Made by a program: the position numbers and the translations under genes
IMG/VR virus record: IMGVR_UViG_3300044580_000486
DNA: 35,747 bases
Source of the DNA: a virus
Strand: one strand, 5' to 3'
The notes under the pieces: generated by a model
What the model saw: the letters and a program-made list of their open reading frames with translations, nothing else
Databases searched by the model: none
Told to the model about the DNA's origin: nothing
Shown here: piece by piece, positions 8,966-17,962 of the stretch
How positions within the stretch are numbered: position 1 is the first letter of the stretch
How the letters are laid out: the number at the start of each line of letters is the position of its first letter

Positions 8966-9431
8966 CGACTTTATAAAAGAAGAGGTCCCTGAAAATAAAG
9001 AAGGCCAGGATACTATGGAAGCTCGTTTCGCTAAGGAAAGAGTTGAATGGAAATCTAAAGTTCAGAATATGTCTACAATGATGAAAAGACTCCCTGACGT
9101 TGCTGAACTTATGACCAATATCTATACAGAACGACAGCAAGCTGTAGAATATTATCATTATCTTTTAACTCTTTTGCAAAAGGTAAATAAAACTTATCGT
9201 AAGCAGTTTTCAGAAAAATATGATTTCTATACTTATAAATCTCAAAAAAGATTTCCTAATGAAAGAGTAAAAGAAATTCAAATAATGGCCGATCTTGGAC
9301 CTATTCTCATTATACGTGAACAAATAGAGAACCACTCTAAATACATCGATAAAACTATCGGAACAATTGACAATATAATTTTTGGCATAAAGTCCAGAAT
9401 TGAAATAGAACAGATAATGAGAGGAAAATAA
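8925..9431 (+). CDS. uvsY: UvsY-like recombination mediator
   Basis: Helical protein with C-terminus YIDKTIGTIDNIIFGIKSRIEIEQIMRGK, matching the UvsY end pattern; lies upstream of uvsW. Confidence 0.7.
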   Translation: MENETLQQIPSSFDDFIKEEVPENKEGQDTMEARFAKERVEWKSKVQNMSTMMKRLPDVAELMTNIYTERQQAVEYYHYLLTLLQKVNKTYRKQFSEKYDFYTYKSQKRFPNERVKEIQIMADLGPILIIREQIENHSKYIDKTIGTIDNIIFGIKSRIEIEQIMRGK

Positions 9432-9781
9432 TGAGAGCTAAAACAGTTTCCAAAAATATTGCTATAACTCTTCCTGCTTCTACAGATTGGAATGAATATC
9501 AGAAGGAGCTGGATTTAGTTAAGGACTATAAATACGTCCTTAATTTTAAAGTTCCTAATTTTCCAACACAATCAGGAAAGGGAGCTAAATGTTATTTAAA
9601 TTACAGAGGTAATTTAATTGGATGGATGGAAATAGTTGGTTTTTCGGAAGAGGAATTTACTTGCGAAGTTACGGGAAATAAATGGAAAGGAAAATTTATT
9701 CAAAGATCAGGTCCATTTCATTCTATTGATCCTATTCCAATGAAAGGATTTAGGGGATTTAAATATTTAGATAATGATTAA
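9431..9781 (+). CDS. Hypothetical protein with MRAKTV leader
   Basis: 116 aa, TAATG coupling; aromatic beta-rich small domain. Confidence 0.7.
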   Translation: MRAKTVSKNIAITLPASTDWNEYQKELDLVKDYKYVLNFKVPNFPTQSGKGAKCYLNYRGNLIGWMEIVGFSEEEFTCEVTGNKWKGKFIQRSGPFHSIDPIPMKGFRGFKYLDND

Positions 9782-10193
9782 GGAGATTGCAGATTATTAC
9801 GGAGTCGAATTAGTAGAAGTCCAAGCAGGTGATAAATATTGCAAAGCTAATGGAGAGGATTCGTATATCGATCGTAGCTTTGTTGCCGGGAGATATATTG
9901 AGATAGGAATTTATGCGGACCCCGAAAAAAAATTAGTTTCATTTTTTCATGAAATGGGTCATATATTAACTCCAAAGAGGGTTCATAATAAATGTCGAAC
10001 AAAATACCAGGTTGAAGAAAAAGCTTGGAAATATGGATATAAATTAGCTAAATCTTTTGGAATAGAATTTAACAAAGATACAAAACAATGGGCCAAAGAA
10101 CAATTAAATGGATACAAAGGATACGAGGAAAGGGAGATGGGTGAAGAGGTATGGGCCCAAATAAAAAAAGATCGAGGTTGGGATGATTTATGA
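9774..10193 (+). CDS. HExxH zinc metallopeptidase-like protein (IrrE/ImmA-like)
   Basis: FFHEMGHIL and downstream VEEKAW. Confidence 0.6.
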   Translation: MIKEIADYYGVELVEVQAGDKYCKANGEDSYIDRSFVAGRYIEIGIYADPEKKLVSFFHEMGHILTPKRVHNKCRTKYQVEEKAWKYGYKLAKSFGIEFNKDTKQWAKEQLNGYKGYEEREMGEEVWAQIKKDRGWDDL

Positions 10194-11731
10194 GGTTAAA
10201 GGTAGATGATAATAGACAATATTTAGTTGTAGAGGATTGCACCCAATTAGAATTGGAGCAAATGGAATCGTCGTTTACAAAAAAAGTGGACAACTGGTTT
10301 ATTATCAAAAAGAAAATACCTCACTGGGATGGTGAAATAAAATTTATTGATAGATATAATCGAATTCCCATAGGATTATGGGGGGAAGTTAGATCCCTTG
10401 CTAAAAAATACAATTTTCCTCTTTCAATCGAGGGAGCAGATCTTTTAATCGATAAGGATTTTTCTGAAGAAGATTTTTATAACTGGATGAATGATTTTTT
10501 TCCTGATCCAGAAAATTTTACATTGAGGGATTATCAAGTTCAAGCTTGCTTAAAAGCACTTAAATTCCGTTTTTGTACTGAAGAAATCTCAACGTCTGGG
10601 GGAAAAACCATTATTGCGTATGCTATATTTAGATACCTTTTTGATCGAAAGAAGATTAAGAAGATGTTATATGTGGTCCCCAATATTGATCTCGTTACAC
10701 AAACTCAAGAAAAATTCTATGCTTATGAATCTCAAATAAGTGATAAAGATCCTGTTTGGAAAAGCCAATGTGTTTATTCTGGTGCTGGGAAAGAAAAACC
10801 TAATGTAGATATTGTATTCGGAACTTATCAAAGCTTATCTAAAAGAAGCGTTGAATATTTTTCCCAATTTGATTCTATATTAATAGACGAGACTCACCAT
10901 GCAAAGGCGGATTCTATTAAAAATATTGTAGTAAAGTGTATAAATGCTACGTTTTATAAAATCGGATTAACGGGAACACTTCCCAAAGAGGGAACATGCA
11001 GTTCTTTTACAATACAAGCTTATTTAGGGCCAAAGGTTTTTACTTTGGAATCATTTGAACTAATAGAAAAGGGAAATGCTACTCCTGTAAATGTTATTGG
11101 AATTGAATTGGATTATTTGCCTGCTGAAAAGAAAAGAGACCTTTATGAATTAAGAGATGTTGAAACCGATGAAAAAGATGGTGCAAAACTTCTTAATACT
11201 GAAAAAGAAATTGCTCGAGAAAATAGAAAAAGACTAATTTATATTTGCGAAATGGTTGCAAAAACGAAGAAAAATACTTTAGTTCTTTTTGCAGACGTTA
11301 AACATGAATATGGAAGAAGAATTTATGATTGGTTAAGAGAAAACTCTAACAAAAATGTTTATTATATTGATGGTAATACGAAAGTGGACAACAGAGATTT
11401 CTTCAAGAGAAAAATGGAAGAAGAGGACGACACCGTGCTTGTTGCATCCACAGGCACATTCTCGGAGGGAATTGACCTTCCAAATATCCACAATCTTTTC
11501 ATAACTGAAAGTCATAAAAGCGAAATCATTATTCGCCAGATGCTTGGGCGTCCAATGAGGTTAAAAGAAGGAAAGGATAAAGTAATTGTTGTAGATTTTA
11601 GTGATAATTTTTATTGGAATGGTCCTAATACTTTCCAAAAGAAAAATTATTTAATGCGACATGCTGCGGAAAGAGAAAAGGTATACAAGGAAAAGAAATT
11701 TCCATTTAAGAAATTTAAGGTGAAGCTATAA
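10190..11731 (+). CDS. uvsW: UvsW-like SF2 DNA helicase
   Basis: LRDYQ Q-motif, STSGGKT Walker A, IDETH, GLTGT, STGTFSEGIDLP, QMLGRPMR. Confidence 0.9.
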   Translation: MRLKVDDNRQYLVVEDCTQLELEQMESSFTKKVDNWFIIKKKIPHWDGEIKFIDRYNRIPIGLWGEVRSLAKKYNFPLSIEGADLLIDKDFSEEDFYNWMNDFFPDPENFTLRDYQVQACLKALKFRFCTEEISTSGGKTIIAYAIFRYLFDRKKIKKMLYVVPNIDLVTQTQEKFYAYESQISDKDPVWKSQCVYSGAGKEKPNVDIVFGTYQSLSKRSVEYFSQFDSILIDETHHAKADSIKNIVVKCINATFYKIGLTGTLPKEGTCSSFTIQAYLGPKVFTLESFELIEKGNATPVNVIGIELDYLPAEKKRDLYELRDVETDEKDGAKLLNTEKEIARENRKRLIYICEMVAKTKKNTLVLFADVKHEYGRRIYDWLRENSNKNVYYIDGNTKVDNRDFFKRKMEEEDDTVLVASTGTFSEGIDLPNIHNLFITESHKSEIIIRQMLGRPMRLKEGKDKVIVVDFSDNFYWNGPNTFQKKNYLMRHAAEREKVYKEKKFPFKKFKVKL

Positions 11732-11745
11732 ACTTCACCTTTTTT
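11717..11745 (+). terminator. Intrinsic terminator overlapping the uvsW stop
   Basis: AAGGTGAAG-CTATAAA-CTTCACCTT then T-run. Confidence 0.75.
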
Positions 11746-11773
11746 ATTGAATAAATAAAGAAAACTATATAAG

Positions 11774-12925
11774 ATGTCCGATTTTTTTGATCAGCCTGGA
11801 ATTATTACTTTGCAAAATCAGCCAGTAGACCCTAAGGGAAAATATGAATATAAAGCAATACTTACTCGAAGTGATTATGATAGAGAAAAATGGGTATTAA
11901 AAATTATAGGACTTTATCCCAGTGGTATTTCTATGACTCCCGGACAATGGTATTTAGATACTCTTTTGGGATTTGATAATACAGGGGCACGAATTGGGGA
12001 CAAAATTTTTATTGATTATGGGGCTGGATGGGCTGTAACAAATATGCTTGCTGTTTTAAAAGAAGCCGAGGAAATCATTTATGGAACCGAAGAATTACAG
12101 GAATCTTTAAATGAAGGAGCGGTAAAAGATCTTTTATTAAGAGGGCCTAGCAAAGAAGCATTTATTATTTGGGCAGAGCAACATTATCCTTTTGAAATGG
12201 AAGAGCTATACCAATATGCTAAAGATAATGAATTAGGTATCCGTGAATTAAAGACACTTGCTGAACTTTATATGGAGGATTCTTCAGATGAGGAAATTGA
12301 GATGCTTTCTGATTTAGTTATGACTATAATAGAAAGAGAAAGAGAAGAAGGATTAAATGAAGAAGTTATTGTAGATGAGAGAGGAAGAAAAACATGGAAG
12401 GATCCTTATGCTCATATTCCTTATAATTTAAGAAACTGGTATCAAAAACCAGAGAATCAAGAAGAATATATTAAATTTAGCGAAGAACAAAAGAAAGAAG
12501 AAAAGAAAAGAAAAGCAAAAGCAGCTAAGAATAGACCTGAAGCTAAACAAAAAATATGGGATTTAGGAATGGAAATCCATTCTTTAGAACAAGAGGTAAA
12601 AGAATTACACAGAAGCATGGATCAATTTGATATGGAAAAAGAAGAATTTTCCGGATGGGTAATAAGTCAATATGATGATAGGGTCCTCGACTTATTAAAT
12701 TCTGGATTATCAGATCAGGAAAAAATCAAAGAGATGGAAAAATGGAATGTTGAGCAGGATCGAAAAGATAAAGTAATTCCAAATCCTAAACAATTATTAT
12801 CAGAATATAAAACTTTTTATCCAGATGAAGAAGAGGACATATCAGCTCAAATTGAATTAAAAGAAAAAGAAATAGAGCTTAAAGAAAAAGAGCTTGAAGA
12901 ATTAGAAGATTTATATGGATATTAA
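11774..12925 (+). CDS. Hypothetical multi-segment protein with C-terminal coiled coil
   Basis: 383 aa; internal LQESLNEG and GLNEE motifs; heptad-rich C-terminal third. Confidence 0.75.
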   Translation: MSDFFDQPGIITLQNQPVDPKGKYEYKAILTRSDYDREKWVLKIIGLYPSGISMTPGQWYLDTLLGFDNTGARIGDKIFIDYGAGWAVTNMLAVLKEAEEIIYGTEELQESLNEGAVKDLLLRGPSKEAFIIWAEQHYPFEMEELYQYAKDNELGIRELKTLAELYMEDSSDEEIEMLSDLVMTIIEREREEGLNEEVIVDERGRKTWKDPYAHIPYNLRNWYQKPENQEEYIKFSEEQKKEEKKRKAKAAKNRPEAKQKIWDLGMEIHSLEQEVKELHRSMDQFDMEKEEFSGWVISQYDDRVLDLLNSGLSDQEKIKEMEKWNVEQDRKDKVIPNPKQLLSEYKTFYPDEEEDISAQIELKEKEIELKEKELEELEDLYGY

Positions 12926-12927
12926 AT

Positions 12928-12953
12928 AAAAAGGGAGCAAAAGCTCCCTTTTT
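12928..12953. terminator. Bidirectional intrinsic terminator
   Basis: AAAAAGGGAGC-AAAA-GCTCCCTTTTT between convergent genes. Confidence 0.85.
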
Positions 12954-12957
12954 CGTG

Positions 12958-14283
12958 TTATCTTCTCCCTCCCCTTGAAGAAGATGATGAAGAACTTGAA
13001 CTTGAGCCTGAACTTGAACTTCGGGAACCCCCGCTAGAATAACTTGATCCTGAACTTCTGGATGGAGCTGAATAGCTAGAACCAGAAGATCTGTTATAAT
13101 TTGAAGGTGAACTAACAGATGGTCTGCTCGAAGGAACTGAATAAGTTCTTGACTGAGTCGAGGTCCTTGTTTGAGTAGATGCCCTTGTCTGGGTAGATGT
13201 TCTATTCTGAGTAGATGTTGAAGGCCTTGTGGTAGTTGTAGATGGACGAGAATAAACGGGTCTATCTTGATTTTGAATATTTCTATTCATATTTGTATTT
13301 GTATTGTTATATTGAGGTCTTGTACTCATTCTAGGAGATTGATAAGAAGGAGTATAAGTCCTTCGACTTTGATTATATTCAGGTTTATTTTGAACCTGTG
13401 TTGAAACTTGTGTTCTAGTCTGTGTTTGTGTTGATACAGATCTTCTATTTTCAGGAGATTGTACCTGAGTTCTAGCCTGTGTTTGAGTAGATGCTTCTAT
13501 TCTCCTTGAAGGATTTTGAGTAACTGTTGATACCGTTCTACCTGTAGATCTATCAATTTGAACAGTTTTATTGATAGTAATAGGATCTCTTCGAGTATAA
13601 GAATTTGTTAAAGTTGAAGGTCGATCCCTTCTTCCATAATTATTGGAATAAATGCTTGAAACGTGTTTATTATTTTGGTTCCAGGAACTTCCTAAATAAT
13701 AGTTGTATGTATTATACGAATAGTATCTTGGGTAATCCCATCTATATTCCCATCTCCAATAGTGATTTCGATATCCATACCAGTAATTATATCGGTAAGG
13801 ATAAGATCCATAGTAATAAGGGGTTCCCCAATACCAAGAATCATAATACCAAGGGTCGTAAAAAAATGGATCATAAGACCAATACCAGCTATAATAATAT
13901 GGAGAATAATAAGGCCTGTGGAACCTGTAAATTAAGGAAGTATAATAAAGATCATTATAAACTTCTTGCTTAGCATCATAATAAAGGGAATCCTGGTATT
14001 TTCTTAATTCCTTTTTTTCTAATCGAAGTTCTTTTTGTTTTAATTTTAATTCTTGTTTTCTAAAGTCCAGATTGTCCTGACTAGGTCTATAATAAAGATC
14101 ATCATATTCAGGTTTCTTTTGTTCGACATATACCGTATCGTATTTAACGATGGTATCAGGAGTTGTAGCTTGCTCTTTCTGGAGCAAATACTTCTCATAA
14201 TTAGATAACTCTCGGCTCTCATTTTGCCCGAAAGATATATAACTAAAGAGAAGAACGATTAAAAGGAGTATTAGCTTTTTCAT
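12958..14283 (-). CDS. Secreted Tyr/Trp-rich protein with Ser/Thr/Arg low-complexity tail, Bacteroidota-like
   Basis: Sec signal MKKLILLLIVLLFSYISFG-Q; YDDLYY motif; YYDPWYYDSWYWG core; SSSSSSRGGRR end. Confidence 0.75.
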   Translation of the reverse strand: MKKLILLLIVLLFSYISFGQNESRELSNYEKYLLQKEQATTPDTIVKYDTVYVEQKKPEYDDLYYRPSQDNLDFRKQELKLKQKELRLEKKELRKYQDSLYYDAKQEVYNDLYYTSLIYRFHRPYYSPYYYSWYWSYDPFFYDPWYYDSWYWGTPYYYGSYPYRYNYWYGYRNHYWRWEYRWDYPRYYSYNTYNYYLGSSWNQNNKHVSSIYSNNYGRRDRPSTLTNSYTRRDPITINKTVQIDRSTGRTVSTVTQNPSRRIEASTQTQARTQVQSPENRRSVSTQTQTRTQVSTQVQNKPEYNQSRRTYTPSYQSPRMSTRPQYNNTNTNMNRNIQNQDRPVYSRPSTTTTRPSTSTQNRTSTQTRASTQTRTSTQSRTYSVPSSRPSVSSPSNYNRSSGSSYSAPSRSSGSSYSSGGSRSSSSGSSSSSSSSSSRGGRR

Positions 14284-14421
14284 GGTTTTGAAATTAATTT
14301 AGTTCTTCAATTAATATATAGAAAAAACTGTGCCGTTTTTAGAAAGGCAGCGCAAAGAAATAATCGACAACTCACAAAAACTAGCATAAATATATAATAT
14401 ATAAAATAAAATCTCCTTATT

Positions 14422-14952
14422 ATGAGAAAATTTAATACTGTACTTAAAGAGAAACAAACTAAAGAGGAACAGCTTTCTGAAAAGAAGGTTCTTGGACAGT
14501 TTAAAAGGGTTTACGATGCTCTCTTAGAGAAGTATGGCATTACTGGTTTTAGAGAACTCCCAGAAAAAGGGCAGTCCATCTTTTTAAATGAATTAAATTC
14601 CTATTGGTCTGAAGAAGAAGGAATCAGCGAAAGCGGTGTTAAGTTTCTCAGCACAAGGGGAAAAGCTCTTAATGAGCATTCTTCTGAAGAACAGAAGAAG
14701 AATTTCCTTCAGGAAAAAGCCAATATTGTTATCGGTGAAACTCTTCGTCAAAGTGAATTAAAATATAAGCTTTATAATGTTATTGATGAAATGTACAATG
14801 AGGTAAAAGCATCGAACCTCTCAGAAGTACTTCCTTCAGGCGTCATCTTTGAAACATTTAAAGAATCATTCGTAAAGAATGTAAAGAATTTGCTTTCCGA
14901 AATTCGTTACGAACTTAATGAAAGTTCTAAAGATGAAAATCCTGAGGCCTAA
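14422..14952 (+). CDS. Hypothetical protein
   Basis: 176-aa ORF with A-rich start context; contains LKE, LSE, LNE motifs. Confidence 0.75.
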   Translation: MRKFNTVLKEKQTKEEQLSEKKVLGQFKRVYDALLEKYGITGFRELPEKGQSIFLNELNSYWSEEEGISESGVKFLSTRGKALNEHSSEEQKKNFLQEKANIVIGETLRQSELKYKLYNVIDEMYNEVKASNLSEVLPSGVIFETFKESFVKNVKNLLSEIRYELNESSKDENPEA

Positions 14953-15046
14953 ATTAAAAAAAATTACTCCACCTAAACCAACAGCACCGAAAAAATTTAA
15001 TCCAAAATTCGTTCTACCTAAAAAACGAAGCTGTTGCGGGAAATGA
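14933..15046 (+). CDS. Small basic Lys/Pro-rich peptide (37 aa) ending RSCCGK, missing from the ORF track
   Basis: MKILRPKLKKITPPKPTAPKKFNPKFVLPKKRSCCGK*; fills the gap exactly up to the terminator. Confidence 0.5.
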   Translation: MKILRPKLKKITPPKPTAPKKFNPKFVLPKKRSCCGK

Positions 15047-15049
15047 TAT

Positions 15050-15076
15050 AAAGGGATGCACGCGCATCCCTTTTTT
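15050..15076 (+). terminator. Intrinsic terminator
   Basis: AAAGGGATGC-ACGC-GCATCCCTTT plus T-run. Confidence 0.8.
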
Positions 15077-15108
15077 AATATATAGAATGAACAAATAAAT
15101 TCTTAAAT

Positions 15109-16899
15109 ATGGCAATAAATACTCTACGCGAGATTTTAGAAAAAAGAGGATCAGAATACGTAGAAAGATTTTTAAGCGAAGATCTAGTCATCACCGAAAA
15201 ACTTGACACCTACCGTATCCTCTTTGAAAATGTAAAAGGGGAAATCAAATTCTATAAAAAAGATAACTCCGAGTTAAACCTTATCGAAAGGGTTCTTACA
15301 AACGTTTGGGAAGACGCAATTGTAGAACTTTCCATTATTTTACATGAAGCTCATGTTCCTGAAGGAATCCGATTTGGTTTAGCTTATACTCCAGTTCCCA
15401 AACCTATTCGTATTCCTTATTCGAAACTTCCTAAGTATATCATTACGGATATAACAAAAAGGGAAAATAATAAAGTTGTTGAATCCTTCGAATATGATGA
15501 ACTTTATACTTGGGCAGAATCTTTAAGCTTAGGAAGACCTCCGGTAATTTTTTCAGGAAAATTATCTGAACCCCAGAAAAAAGCTATCTTAGAATATGCT
15601 AAAGGGAATTACGATGATATTGAAGATAACTTAAGTGAATTATTAAAGAATCGTTTTTCCGGAACCTATTCAAAGGAAAATATTATTGAAGGAATTATTA
15701 TAAAAAGCGGTGATCGTTTAGTTCAAATTCCTTCTTATGAATTTGAAATATTAAATGAAGCTTATCAGAAGATCGAATCCTCTAGAGATTTTTATGATCT
15801 TACAATACTTAGTTTAAATAGCTTTCTAGAAAAATATCCATTCCCTATTCTTGAAGGGGAAAATCCAGATCAAATGTATTTGGAAATGGTTTGCGATATA
15901 TTTAACCATTATTGTGAAAGCCCCTCAGTTACAGAAGGCATGAAACCAGAATATCTTACTCCCCCAAGCTTTGGATATGTGGGAAACTTAAATCTCCTTT
16001 TAATTAAGAACAAGAAAACATTAGATCTTTTGGAGAAAGGCGGGAAAGTTTATGAATCTATATTTAGAGTTATCCTTAGTTCTTTAAGGAAATATAAAAA
16101 GGAATACGGTCTCCTTAACGAAACAGCTGTAAATAAATTTAATACTTATGTTTATTTAATCAGTGAAAGAATTAAGAATCCTCTTCAAGATAATTTATTT
16201 GAAGATGCTCAATTAATAACCGAGAAATCCGAAAATATTGTTGTTGGAGCTGTTGCTAAGAAAATGATCTCCGATATTGATAACATGAGGGTTATCGCTT
16301 CTATTCAGAAAACATTTGAACCTAAAGGAAGAGAAGGAATTCAGGGGGAAGAAAAATGCGTTATCTACATCACAGATTTCAAACCATTTACGAAAAGTCA
16401 AGAGGATAATATTCGATCCATTCAGGGAATGTGGAAATGCCCGGTAATATTAGCGAGTGTAGGTAATTCTAGAAGGGTAAGGGGAGAAAAATTCTTCTTT
16501 ACCGATAGTCTTGTACGAGCTCAGATGAAAGCCTTTGCAGATTCAAATAAAGATCTAGTTCCTGCATTCTTTTTAATGAATGACTGGGATCTGTTTAGCA
16601 TTTTTGGCACAGTAAGGCCAAAATATGAACCTATAGCAATTATTACAGATATGGGTAAGAAAAGTGATTTGTCCATTCAACTTTACTTTGAAGAAGAAGT
16701 TATGGATGAAAGAATTTCTGTTGAAAGAGATCTAAATATTGGGGAAATGGATAATAAGGATTCTTTACCTGCATTTAGAGCTATTGAAAATAGTGATTTT
16801 GTTAATTTTAAGAATGTAACTCCGGAATCTATTTGGGGGTTATGGGATACCATGATTTCAGAATGGAAAACATGGAATGGAAAAGTTCTTTTAAGATAA
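15109..16899 (+). CDS. Fusion of a degenerate RNA-ligase-like domain and a degenerate HxGH nucleotidyltransferase domain
   Basis: N-terminal ITEKLDTYRI and IEGIII; C-terminal IYITDFKPFTKSQ (HxGH replaced by TKSQ) and DSLPAFRAIENSD. Confidence 0.55.
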   Translation: MAINTLREILEKRGSEYVERFLSEDLVITEKLDTYRILFENVKGEIKFYKKDNSELNLIERVLTNVWEDAIVELSIILHEAHVPEGIRFGLAYTPVPKPIRIPYSKLPKYIITDITKRENNKVVESFEYDELYTWAESLSLGRPPVIFSGKLSEPQKKAILEYAKGNYDDIEDNLSELLKNRFSGTYSKENIIEGIIIKSGDRLVQIPSYEFEILNEAYQKIESSRDFYDLTILSLNSFLEKYPFPILEGENPDQMYLEMVCDIFNHYCESPSVTEGMKPEYLTPPSFGYVGNLNLLLIKNKKTLDLLEKGGKVYESIFRVILSSLRKYKKEYGLLNETAVNKFNTYVYLISERIKNPLQDNLFEDAQLITEKSENIVVGAVAKKMISDIDNMRVIASIQKTFEPKGREGIQGEEKCVIYITDFKPFTKSQEDNIRSIQGMWKCPVILASVGNSRRVRGEKFFFTDSLVRAQMKAFADSNKDLVPAFFLMNDWDLFSIFGTVRPKYEPIAIITDMGKKSDLSIQLYFEEEVMDERISVERDLNIGEMDNKDSLPAFRAIENSDFVNFKNVTPESIWGLWDTMISEWKTWNGKVLLR

Positions 16900-16927
16900 G
16901 AAATAAATAAAATAAAAGATTTATATC

Positions 16928-17875
16928 ATGAGTGATTTTATTAAAGAAGGGACCTGGGCTCTTTCGAAATCTCCAGAAAAAAGACAAGAAGAAGGCGCCT
17001 TTTGGATTGCCCAGATACAAGAACTTAAAGATGGAATCTATAATGTATTCGGGGACGATATTCTTTTTGATCATTTTGATCATGCAATAAAAAGAATAGA
17101 AGAAATGATGGCAATCCCCGAAGAAGAAATATCAGAAGGATTAAATGAGGACGTTACTATACCTGCTAGCTTAACTCAACAATATCTTACGGTTAAAAAA
17201 CAGATGGCTGATAAACAAACTCAAAGGGATCAGCTAATGAAACAAGTAAATCAAAAAGATAATGAAATAAATATCCTTAGTAAAAATTTAATTGCAATTG
17301 AAGCTAAAGCTGCACAAGAACAGGGAAAAGAAGCAGCTGTGAAAAGCGGAGAAACTGCTCAACCTGAAAATAAATCAGAAGCCACTGCTTCAAATGAATC
17401 TCTTATTCCTGGATTAGAGGTTGTTACTATTTCTGATCTTTTAGGAGAAATTAATGAGATGGAAGGTTGGCTTGCTGAAATGGGAGCAGAAGAATTCGAA
17501 GAAGAAGGAGGGGAAATTCCAGGAGAAGTATTGGATGTAGAAGAATTTGAAGATGATGACGAGGAAGGTCCAGCTGAACAGGATAAAGAAGATGTATTTG
17601 CCATTAGAATAAGCGATCCAGATGAAGATGAAGAAATAATTGCAAAAGTTTATAAAAATGAGGATAATGATTTCTGGAAGATAAGAGTAGTTCAAGGCAG
17701 CGAAGATCCTCTCGAAACAATGCAATTCGATCCGGATATGGAATTTGTAGACATCATTGAAAAACTTGGAGAAATTTATGATGAGGTTGAAGAAATATCC
17801 ATGGATGAATATCAGGATTTATTAGACGATAAAGAAGAGATTGATTCTCAATACTTTCCAGAAGAGGATGAGTAA
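16928..17875 (+). CDS. Acidic coiled-coil hypothetical protein
   Basis: 315 aa; Q/K-rich coiled coil followed by an Asp/Glu-rich region; GLNE, SNES, INE motifs. Confidence 0.75.
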   Translation: MSDFIKEGTWALSKSPEKRQEEGAFWIAQIQELKDGIYNVFGDDILFDHFDHAIKRIEEMMAIPEEEISEGLNEDVTIPASLTQQYLTVKKQMADKQTQRDQLMKQVNQKDNEINILSKNLIAIEAKAAQEQGKEAAVKSGETAQPENKSEATASNESLIPGLEVVTISDLLGEINEMEGWLAEMGAEEFEEEGGEIPGEVLDVEEFEDDDEEGPAEQDKEDVFAIRISDPDEDEEIIAKVYKNEDNDFWKIRVVQGSEDPLETMQFDPDMEFVDIIEKLGEIYDEVEEISMDEYQDLLDDKEEIDSQYFPEEDE

Positions 17876-17962
17876 AACTTTGATGTTAATCAGGAACTCG
17901 CAAATCATTAAAAATAAACATGGATATATAAAATATATTCCAAAATTAATGTTAATAAAACT

